A stretch of DNA of 64,000 bases from a virus. Shown piece by piece: positions 55,713 to 64,000 of the stretch. Position 1 is the stretch's first letter, and every line of letters starts with the position of its first letter. Below the pieces are notes generated by a model, which saw nothing but the letters and a program-made list of their open reading frames with translations, did no database searches and was not told the origin of the DNA. A program made the position numbers and the translations under genes. The stretch spans positions 1 to 64,000 of IMG/VR virus record IMGVR_UViG_3300020538_000003; one strand, given 5' to 3'.

Positions 55713-58460
55713 TTATCTACATAAAAATATTTTTGTCTGCAAAGCTCCATATTCATCAACAAAAGAAAATGATTGTTCAGAATAAAAAACCCCTGTTGAA
55801 ACAATAAGAAATTGACCACTTACATTTACTGTTGGAATTTTATCAAAATTCTTTTGTCCGCTAATTATCTGATTGCCATTTGTCATTACAAAATCAGCAT
55901 TTCCACTAACATCAGGAATTCGATAAACTCTATTTGCCGCAATTGGATTCTCAAAATTTACTGATATAGAATTTGATGAAATATTACTTTTAAATATAAG
56001 TCCAGTTAAATTTGAATTTATTATTTGAAGTTGTTGGTTAAATATTTTTGATCCACTAATTAATTGATCTCCAGATGTCATTACAAAACTAGCATTGCCA
56101 CCAATATCAGGAATTGTATAAACTCTATTGCCACTAATTAAAGGTGCTGAAATATTAATTGCGCTTCCAGATTGACCTGTTCTAAAAGATAACTGGTTTC
56201 CAGTTGATTGAAATATACCTGTTGCTTGAAATATAGTTGGACTTAAAAAATTCTTAATTCCACTAATTGACTGATCTCCTTGAGTCATTACAAAATTAGC
56301 ATCTACGCTAACATCGGGGATTCCATAAACCCTATTTCCACTAATTAAAGGTGCTGAAATATCAATTTTATTTCCAGCATCACCAGTTCTAAAGGTTAAT
56401 TGATTCCCTGTTGCTTGAAATATAGCCCCACTTAAAAAAGTTTTGCTTCCACTTATATTTTGACTCCCAGTGACGATAACAGCATTACTTATACTACTTC
56501 CCCCTTCTCCTGAAAGCAAAACCCCAGTTCCATTTACAAATGGTCGCGTTGTAAAAGTTTTTATTCCACCAATCGCCTGATCGCCAGTTGTCATTACAAA
56601 ACTACCATCTCCGTTAACATCGGGAATTGTATAAATTCTACTACCACTAATTAATGGTGCTGAAATATTAATGAAACTCCCAGCATCACCAGTTCTAAAA
56701 GTTAATTGATTTTGCGTTCTTTGAAATACAGCTCCACTTAAAAAAGTTTTACTTCCACTTATATTTTGACTTCCAGAAGTATAAATTACATCGCCAATTA
56801 TTAAACTTCTTTCGAAAGTTCCAGTATTTGTTACAAGACCATTATCCCATGAAATTATTGATTCATTATTTAATTTAAATAAACCGCTTTTACCATTACC
56901 AAACCCAGTTATATTTCCACTTAAAGCTGCTTCAAAATTTCCTTCAGTAGTAATTAAACCATTTCTCCATTCAACGTATTGTAAACTACCAAGTGAAGTT
57001 GGTATAGATAAACTGCCATTTGTACCAAATTCTGGGAAACTTGTAATTTGATTATCTCCCTCTAATGTAGAACTCAATACGCCATTATCCCATGAAATTA
57101 TATTATCAATGGTTTCAGAACCACCAAGATCAATTTGTCTTTTTTGCAAAGACCCTATATTACTATTATTAAATTGATCCCACGCACCATTATTACCAAT
57201 AAATTTAACCCACTTGCCATTATTGTGTAAAAATAAATTATTATCTAAAAATTCAATTTGACCTTTTGCGCCATCATCTTCGCTATTGAGTGGATGATCA
57301 TTAGTTCCATTAATAGCGTCTCCATTTTTAATAAAAAGTCTGTCTAAAAAAATAGTTTCATTTGCAAAACTTTTTTTTCCATTTATAGTCTGATCTCCTG
57401 TTAATGTGACTATATCTGTATAATCAATAATGCCAGTACCGCCACCGCCACCGCCACCTAAATCTAATCCATTTACTTCTCCCCAAAAATTAACTGGCCC
57501 ATAAAAATCTGTAACTGAATCTTCTTGTAAAGAAAGATAGCCTCCATTTATCGACAAGGCTCCTCCAGTCATATTTAACGCAAGTCCGCTATTAATATTA
57601 ATACCTTGATTATCAAAAATAATACGATCATTGCCAATATTAAGACTAGCGGAATTAAGACTACCCAGTGTATTAACTACGCCAGAGAAATTGGAAGTAG
57701 AATTTGAATGCGTGGAAAATTGTCTTGCGCTTTTGATTGTTAAATTTGTATTTAAATCTAAAGCGCCAGCTATGTCCAAATTACCAGAAAAAATACCAGA
57801 AGCGCCAGTTGCTAGATATAAATTTTTATTATTTTTTATTGTTAAGCTTGAATTTAAGTCTAAATCACCAAAAAAACCAACATGGCCAGAAAAAATACCA
57901 GAAGAATTTTCTCCCAAGTAAAGTATTGTTTCGTCTATTAGCAAATCATTATTTACTACAATATCTCCATTAATATCTATTCCGTTTTCAAAATTTATAT
58001 ATAATTTATTAGAAGTATCTGCAATGATTGTATCATTTGTTATATCTGAAATTATTACAGAGCCACTTATATTTTCATTTATAATAGAGTTTTTACCAGC
58101 TAACACTGTACAAAATCTAGAACCTTTTTCAAAAATAGATCCATCACAGTTTAAATCTAAATTTTGAAAACCAGAAACGTTAGAGTTTATAGAATTAATG
58201 ATTGCATTGCCAGTGCCAATGATTCTATTATTTTGACCGCCCAAAATAACATTTCTAACATCTCCAAATATATTAGAGGAGTCTGTTGTATAAACTTTAG
58301 AGCCATTTAAAGTTAAACCACCAGTAATACTAAAATTTCCAGCTAAACTCCTATTTAAGTTTCCATGAACATAATTTGTACCTTGTTGGAAGAAAATATC
58401 TCCACTAGGACTTGAAAAAGTATGAATTTCAATTTGTTCTGGTTGAATTTTGTTGTACAT
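55713..58460 (-). CDS. Long tail fibre protein
   Basis: GDQ.I.G.K.F shaft repeats, poly-Gly hinge, 4 internal modules. Confidence 0.8.
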   Translation of the reverse strand: MYNKIQPEQIEIHTFSSPSGDIFFQQGTNYVHGNLNRSLAGNFSITGGLTLNGSKVYTTDSSNIFGDVRNVILGGQNNRIIGTGNAIINSINSNVSGFQNLDLNCDGSIFEKGSRFCTVLAGKNSIINENISGSVIISDITNDTIIADTSNKLYINFENGIDINGDIVVNNDLLIDETILYLGENSSGIFSGHVGFFGDLDLNSSLTIKNNKNLYLATGASGIFSGNLDIAGALDLNTNLTIKSARQFSTHSNSTSNFSGVVNTLGSLNSASLNIGNDRIIFDNQGININSGLALNMTGGALSINGGYLSLQEDSVTDFYGPVNFWGEVNGLDLGGGGGGGTGIIDYTDIVTLTGDQTINGKKSFANETIFLDRLFIKNGDAINGTNDHPLNSEDDGAKGQIEFLDNNLFLHNNGKWVKFIGNNGAWDQFNNSNIGSLQKRQIDLGGSETIDNIISWDNGVLSSTLEGDNQITSFPEFGTNGSLSIPTSLGSLQYVEWRNGLITTEGNFEAALSGNITGFGNGKSGLFKLNNESIISWDNGLVTNTGTFERSLIIGDVIYTSGSQNISGSKTFLSGAVFQRTQNQLTFRTGDAGSFINISAPLISGSRIYTIPDVNGDGSFVMTTGDQAIGGIKTFTTRPFVNGTGVLLSGEGGSSISNAVIVTGSQNISGSKTFLSGAIFQATGNQLTFRTGDAGNKIDISAPLISGNRVYGIPDVSVDANFVMTQGDQSISGIKNFLSPTIFQATGIFQSTGNQLSFRTGQSGSAINISAPLISGNRVYTIPDIGGNASFVMTSGDQLISGSKIFNQQLQIINSNLTGLIFKSNISSNSISVNFENPIAANRVYRIPDVSGNADFVMTNGNQIISGQKNFDKIPTVNVSGQFLIVSTGVFYSEQSFSFVDEYGALQTKIFLCR

Positions 58461-58500
58461 TCTTTACTATAAGTTATCAATAAAAATTACACCATTTCAA

Positions 58501-59085
58501 ATGAAATATACTTTATATAAACCTAATTCAAAAAATACTGGTTCAGCTTTTAGTTTCGAGATTGGGACTTCAAAGAATGGAGAGACCGCACTTTATGTAT
58601 CAATGATCCAACAACATAGTTGGAACGATGTAACAAAAAATGGATCTTTTAAAGAAAATTCTAAAAATCCAGAAAAATCAGCCTCAATTAAAATTTCCGT
58701 AACAGAAGCTGGAGAATTTCTTTCTTCTTTTAAAACCAGAATACCTTACACGGCTTTTCATAAAACAAAAGAGGATAGCACAATAATTAAATTAAATCCA
58801 TGGGACAAAGTTAGAAAAATCAAAGAAATGGATGGAGAAAAATCTTATAATTCGCCAGCATTTGGTTTTTCTGTTTCTAGAAATTCAAATCAAAATTTTA
58901 AACTTCCGCTTGAAGCTGGAGAGGTTGAAGTATTAGCGCAGCTTTTAATTGAATACATCAAAACATCTTTTACCTTTTCAAGAAAGCAGGAAAATAATAA
59001 TCAAAACACATATCAACAAAACAAACAATACCCATCAAAGCCAAAATCCGAACAAGTTGAATTAGAGGACGATGCCCCATTCTAA
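58501..59085 (+). CDS. Putative single-stranded DNA-binding protein
   Basis: Beta-rich core, Q/N linker, C-terminal EDDAPF; start moved to MKYTL. Confidence 0.55.
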   Translation: MKYTLYKPNSKNTGSAFSFEIGTSKNGETALYVSMIQQHSWNDVTKNGSFKENSKNPEKSASIKISVTEAGEFLSSFKTRIPYTAFHKTKEDSTIIKLNPWDKVRKIKEMDGEKSYNSPAFGFSVSRNSNQNFKLPLEAGEVEVLAQLLIEYIKTSFTFSRKQENNNQNTYQQNKQYPSKPKSEQVELEDDAPF

Positions 59086-60787
59086 AATTAAAATTCTTTT
59101 TCATTCTAATTATAGTAGAATGGTAACTGGATTTGGCAAAAATATGCGAAATCTATTACTTGCGCTACATAATGATCCAGATATAGAAGTTATTGAAGCC
59201 GCTAATGGTGTTCCATATGGGGCTGATGTTAAAACTCCATGGAAATGCTATGGAACAGCTCCTTCTGATCCTAATTTAATGAATGAAATAGGAAATGATG
59301 GAATGAAGCAAAGAATGGCTTCATATGGTTATTATTGTATTGATAAAATTATTGAAGAATGTAAGCCAGACATATATTTGGGTATTGAAGATATTTGGGC
59401 ATTCAAAGATTTTGAGAAAAAACCATGGTGGAATACTTTGCGCACAATAATTTGGACTACACTTGATAGTGTTCCAATTTTACCAGACGCATTTCATATT
59501 GCGCCTAAATGTGATGAATTTATTGTATGGGCATCTTTTGCAGAACAGGAAATGAAAAAAAATGGTTTTCAAAATGTCAAAACTATTCATGGAGCTATTG
59601 ATTATTCAGATTTTAAACCTCTTGCAGAAAGAGATCAAATTAGGTCAAAGTTCAATATAAACGAAGATTTTGTAATTGGCTTTGTTTTTAAAAATCAATT
59701 AAGAAAATCTGTTCCAAATCTTTTAGATGGATTTAGACTATTTAAAGAAAAGAATCCAAAGTTAAAAACCAAATTACTTCTTCATACAGATTGGTCTGAA
59801 GTTAATCATGGATGGGATATTCCAAGATATATTAAAGAAAAAAACATAAATGAAGATGATGTTTTAGCTTCTTACATATGTCATCAATGTGGAGAATTCT
59901 TTTTGCACAAATACATTGGAGAAAAGAAAGATTGCCCTTCTTGTGGAGCTAAGGAAAGAGTTCATACAAAAAACAGTGGACTTGGGGTTTCCGAAGATCA
60001 ATTGAATCAAATATATTCTTGCATGGATGTTTATTGTCATCCATTTACAAGTGGTGGTCAAGAACTTCCAATTCAAGAAGCAAAAGCTGCTGGATTAATT
60101 ACATTGGTTACAGAGTATTCATGCGGAACAGATTCTTGTTATCCTCATCAAGGTGGACTGCCTTTAAAGTGGAATGAATACAGGGAACCCCATACTCAAT
60201 TCATTAAAGCAACAACCTGTCCACAAGATATTTGTGAAAAACTTGATAAAGTACTTAAAATGAGTTTTGATGAAAAACAATCTTTAATTCAAAATGGCAA
60301 GAAAACAGTTAGTGAAAAATTTTCTGTACAAAAAATTACAAATGATTTAAAAAACTTATTTATTGAATTAAAACAAAAGCAGAAGCCTTTTGCAGAAAAT
60401 ATAGAAAAAAATAACGATCAAAAACCAATAACATTAGAAGATCTTTTAGATAAAGATGACGCTGGAAAAAGAATTGCTGTCGTTATGCCAGAATCTGCTG
60501 GTGATGTATTGATGATAAATTCTTTATTAGATAATTTAAAATTAACATATCCAGACTACAATATATATGTAATAACAAAGCCGTCATATTATGATATGAT
60601 AGAAGATAATGAAAATGTACATAAATTAATACCGTATCAAAATGGAATAGATAACTTATTATTTTTAGAAGGTCAAGGTCATCATCAAGGTTATTTTGAA
60701 ATAGCATTTTTACCAAATATTGGCACTCAAAAATATTTGAACTACTTGCACAACGGAAAAGATAAAATACAATTTAATATAAAATGA
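59072..60787 (+). CDS. GT4 glycosyltransferase with Zn-ribbon insert, fused to a GT9-like N-terminal domain
   Basis: TGFG, KNQLRKS, CHQC..CPSC, GGQELPIQEA; C-terminal ESAGDVLM...LK..YPDYNIYV. Confidence 0.8.
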   Translation: MPHSKIKILFHSNYSRMVTGFGKNMRNLLLALHNDPDIEVIEAANGVPYGADVKTPWKCYGTAPSDPNLMNEIGNDGMKQRMASYGYYCIDKIIEECKPDIYLGIEDIWAFKDFEKKPWWNTLRTIIWTTLDSVPILPDAFHIAPKCDEFIVWASFAEQEMKKNGFQNVKTIHGAIDYSDFKPLAERDQIRSKFNINEDFVIGFVFKNQLRKSVPNLLDGFRLFKEKNPKLKTKLLLHTDWSEVNHGWDIPRYIKEKNINEDDVLASYICHQCGEFFLHKYIGEKKDCPSCGAKERVHTKNSGLGVSEDQLNQIYSCMDVYCHPFTSGGQELPIQEAKAAGLITLVTEYSCGTDSCYPHQGGLPLKWNEYREPHTQFIKATTCPQDICEKLDKVLKMSFDEKQSLIQNGKKTVSEKFSVQKITNDLKNLFIELKQKQKPFAENIEKNNDQKPITLEDLLDKDDAGKRIAVVMPESAGDVLMINSLLDNLKLTYPDYNIYVITKPSYYDMIEDNENVHKLIPYQNGIDNLLFLEGQGHHQGYFEIAFLPNIGTQKYLNYLHNGKDKIQFNIK

Positions 60788-61917
60788 GTCACTTAGTAGA
60801 AGAATACGCAAAGTCTTGTGGGGTAAAAATTGGTATACCAAAAATTAATCCTCATTTTTTTCCTGTTGTCGAAGATAGGTACATTACCATTCATAATGAT
60901 AAAAAAGTTGAATCAAAAGAATATTCTTATTGGCCGCAAGTAATAGAATTGATAAAACCTATTTTGTCAAAGAAAAATATTAAAATAATTCAAATTGGAT
61001 CTAGTGGAGAAGCTACTATTAATGGCGTAGATAAACATATTGTCACAAATACATTGAAACAATGTTCTTTCATCATAAAGAATTCTTTGGCTCATGTTGG
61101 TATTGATAGCGTACCTGTTCATATAGCAAGCGCCTTTGATAAACCAATTGTTTCAATATATTCACATACATATGCTGCAACATGCAAACCTTATTGGAAT
61201 AAAAAATCAAAAACTATATGTATAGAGTCTCATAGGGGAGGCAATAAGCCATCTTTTTCTATAAAGGAAAGTATTCAAACAATTAACTTTATTTATCCAG
61301 AAAAAATCGCCAATTCTTTATTGGAGGTATTGGATATAAATGAAAAGATTAATTTTGAAACAATTCTTATTGGCGAAAGATTTAATCAAAAATTTTTAGA
61401 TGTGATTCCATCAAAAAAAACCTTAATATTTAATGAGACAATTAATGTAAGAATGGATCACTGTCACAATGAAGATGTTTTAGAAGATCTATTGTTAAGA
61501 AATAATGTAGAGATAACTACAAATAAAATCATTAATGATAGAATTTTAAATTCTAAAAAAATACGATGTATTAATTATATTGCAGATGAATTCGATGTTG
61601 ATTTTGTTAAAAAAATTAAAAAATTAGGAATCAATCATATTTTATTATGTTCTAAAGAGGAAAACCTTTCTGACGAAAGAAAAAAACTTTTTGACTTTCA
61701 AATAAATTCTTTTAATCAAAAAGAAATAATAGAGTCAAATAAATTAAAATTAAAAAATGTTGATTTAAACAAAGTAAAATTTTATTCAAATAAAAAAATT
61801 ATTTGTGGAGATCAAGTTTACGATTCTTTGTTTGAATTTTATAATAAAAGAAATGATAGCGATTTTTTTATTGACTTAGATTGGTTTTATGTTTATAATG
61901 AAAATTATGAACGATGA
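60784..61917 (+). CDS. GT9 (heptosyltransferase-like) C-terminal domain protein
   Basis: HLVEEY, YITIH, KEY..W, IQIG, HVGIDSVPVHIASAFDKP. Confidence 0.8.
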   Translation: MSHLVEEYAKSCGVKIGIPKINPHFFPVVEDRYITIHNDKKVESKEYSYWPQVIELIKPILSKKNIKIIQIGSSGEATINGVDKHIVTNTLKQCSFIIKNSLAHVGIDSVPVHIASAFDKPIVSIYSHTYAATCKPYWNKKSKTICIESHRGGNKPSFSIKESIQTINFIYPEKIANSLLEVLDINEKINFETILIGERFNQKFLDVIPSKKTLIFNETINVRMDHCHNEDVLEDLLLRNNVEITTNKIINDRILNSKKIRCINYIADEFDVDFVKKIKKLGINHILLCSKEENLSDERKKLFDFQINSFNQKEIIESNKLKLKNVDLNKVKFYSNKKIICGDQVYDSLFEFYNKRNDSDFFIDLDWFYVYNENYER

Positions 61918-62674
61918 AAAATCACAAGTTACTCCATTTGAAAAATTTCAAAGAAATGAATTTGGTTTAATTAAAAGTATTAATTACTCTTTTAACGAAG
62001 ATGGTTCGATTAATTGGAGAGACATGATTAAATCAGAGTTCCTTTATCCAAATAAGGGATGGTTTGACATTAGAAATCAAAGTGTTCCAAATTCAATGGA
62101 TGGCTTGAATGATAAACAATTGCTTATTATGTTGGGTGGCATCAAGGAATTAGCTAAATTGCGCGGGTTTACTGATGTGGCATATCAAGTTTCCCACATT
62201 AAAGAAGATTATGTTGTGGCTAAGTGTCAGATTACGTGGATTGGAAACTATGAGACAAATGATAGATCTGTTCTTTTTGAAGATGTGGCTAATGCCACAG
62301 CGAATAATACGGATGATTTTTGTATTAAATTTTTAGAAACTATTGCTTGCAATAGAGCGTTTGTCCGTTGTGTGCGTAACTTTTTAAATATTCATATTGT
62401 TGGTGCAGACGAAATTGATCGCTCTAAAAATAATTTATATTCATCGGAATCTCCAGAAAATGTAGATGACCTTACAGTGCTAAAGCCAAGTGGTCTTTTA
62501 GAAAAAATTGTTTCTGAAAAAGGCATGAAATCGTTTGATGATTTTGTTGTTTGGCTTAGGGATCAATGGACATCTAATTTATATAGAAATGAAGATGTAA
62601 AAAATTGGGTTCAATATAAAGACATCCCAGCGAAAGAATGTAGAAAATTAATTGTTTTGTTAAAAAAGCATTAA
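61907..62674 (+). CDS. Putative single-strand annealing protein-like
   Basis: GGIKELA, VVAKC.I, ETIA.NRAF.R..R..LNI..VGADE pattern. Confidence 0.4.
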   Translation: MNDEKSQVTPFEKFQRNEFGLIKSINYSFNEDGSINWRDMIKSEFLYPNKGWFDIRNQSVPNSMDGLNDKQLLIMLGGIKELAKLRGFTDVAYQVSHIKEDYVVAKCQITWIGNYETNDRSVLFEDVANATANNTDDFCIKFLETIACNRAFVRCVRNFLNIHIVGADEIDRSKNNLYSSESPENVDDLTVLKPSGLLEKIVSEKGMKSFDDFVVWLRDQWTSNLYRNEDVKNWVQYKDIPAKECRKLIVLLKKH

Positions 62675-63999
62675 TTAATTTTTAAGAAATTTTTAGTTCC
62701 AGCGCTAAATATCTTACTAACAGCTTGTGTATTTGTAATAGAAATATTTGAATTAGTTAAGAAATTAGATTGATCTGGAGGTAAGAAAGCTTTGTTGCTT
62801 TTACTTATTGTTGTGCTAACACCATCACTAGATACACTTAAAGAAATAGAATCAATGTCAATAGTTATACTATTTGGTATTTCAAAATCATAATAAGTAA
62901 CAGAAGACGATTTTATAGCGCTAGGATTCGCTCCATTTAAACTAGTAAAATTTGCTGCAAGAGTTTTTGATTCTGAGTAAGATGCATTATAGGATTTTAA
63001 TTCACTTTTGTTAAAGTCATTTGGTTTTTGAGATTTTATTTGAGAATAAACTTGTTGATAGTCTATTTCTTCTTCTTCTTCTTGGTCATCTTGGTCATCT
63101 TCTTCGTCATCTGGAGGCGAGACATCTACCTTTGCTAATGTTATATGATTTTTTAAATTTCCTAATGCTTTTGAATATAATTTTTTTGAACTATTTAAAT
63201 TTTTTGTCAAACCAGTTTTTACTGATTCGTCTTGCACACCAATAAATGGATTATTACTATATGTAAAATAATCAACTTTTTGCGAAAGATCATCAAAATT
63301 ATCGACAGAATCTTCTGGCATTAATTGTTTTTTTGTTATAGCTATAAAATAATTCTGTCCTTTCGCCATACCAGCATAATCAGCCAATGTTGCTACTGTA
63401 GGAATAGTAAAACCCTTGCTTTGTAAAAGATCAACGATATCTGCAAAAAAACCTATTTGACTTATTTTTGTATTACCTTTATATGGTCCATCAACTGTAA
63501 CACCATCTGAAGAAAGTAATGTTGCTTTTTTTACAAATATATTGCTATAACCCCTAGAGATAAAAACAGTTCCAAAAGTGTTATAATATCCTTTCAATAA
63601 GGTATAAAGTGGCGTTTCGCTTGCTTTAGCCATAACTTTATCATCCGTATCTAATAAAAGAAAAAAAGAAGCGCCATCTCCCAATAAACTTCTTGTTTTA
63701 GAGGTTTTATATGCATTGGTATCTGTTCCAACAATATTGCTTATTTTTCTTGATGTTTTATTTTTGGGTTTTTGCGGATAATAAGTGCCGCCATCAAAAG
63801 CTCCATAAAAACAAGAAGAGCAATAAATTAACTTATCAAAACTTCCTGGAGAATTTGCATGTGGAGAGCAAAAAAATGAATAAAAACATTCAATAAGAGC
63901 TGGTGATAAGCTTGATTGTAAAGCTGAAAAAAGTTTATTGAAATCTACTCTCTTTAGTTGTTTTTTTCTTAATTGCGCACCAGTCCCGCTAGTATTCAT
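62671..63999 (-). CDS. C-terminal part of a large hypothetical protein (likely continues beyond the window)
   Basis: Open frame reaches the window edge; acidic stretch near the C-terminus. Confidence 0.7.
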   Translation of the reverse strand: MNTSGTGAQLRKKQLKRVDFNKLFSALQSSLSPALIECFYSFFCSPHANSPGSFDKLIYCSSCFYGAFDGGTYYPQKPKNKTSRKISNIVGTDTNAYKTSKTRSLLGDGASFFLLLDTDDKVMAKASETPLYTLLKGYYNTFGTVFISRGYSNIFVKKATLLSSDGVTVDGPYKGNTKISQIGFFADIVDLLQSKGFTIPTVATLADYAGMAKGQNYFIAITKKQLMPEDSVDNFDDLSQKVDYFTYSNNPFIGVQDESVKTGLTKNLNSSKKLYSKALGNLKNHITLAKVDVSPPDDEEDDQDDQEEEEEIDYQQVYSQIKSQKPNDFNKSELKSYNASYSESKTLAANFTSLNGANPSAIKSSSVTYYDFEIPNSITIDIDSISLSVSSDGVSTTISKSNKAFLPPDQSNFLTNSNISITNTQAVSKIFSAGTKNFLKIN

Positions 64000-64000
64000 A

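Noticed and set aside
1-64000. Stop-codon reassignment
   Set aside because: Conserved genes are uninterrupted in code 11, TAG and TGA end tightly packed genes, and there is no suppressor tRNA

Overview
AT-rich, gene-dense 64-kb segment of a large tailed dsDNA bacteriophage. It uses the standard genetic code; the host cannot be determined from this window. From left to right: (i) early accessory genes, including an ADP-heptose biosynthesis operon, a 3D-domain hydrolase, thyX and nucleases; (ii) an RNA-gene island (about 7.65-12.4 kb) with 12 intact tRNAs, one degenerate tRNA, a truncated tRNA remnant, several unexplained structured RNAs and a 68-nt tmRNA reduced to its tRNA-like domain with no tag reading frame; (iii) a lysis cassette; (iv) tail-fibre or receptor-binding genes, including a 24-aa tandem-repeat protein; (v) a minus-strand replication operon (RecA-like, DnaB, DnaG, split DnaE with DnaQ inserted, ClpA/C-like ATPase); (vi) a glycosylation island (gmd, 5 GT-A-like proteins, methyltransferase); (vii) Hsp20, nrdAB, a candidate origin, dUTPase, dNMP kinase, a sigma factor, further glycosyltransferases (including a split GT9), and SSB/SSAP candidates. 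Two promoter classes are visible: sigma70-like promoters with mostly 16-bp spacers, and a GTGTAA motif 8-9 nt before ATG. Both are placed to give leaderless mRNAs. The most striking item is the tag-less mini-tmRNA at 12222-12289. All protein calls come from motif recognition by eye; no database searches or folding programs were run.
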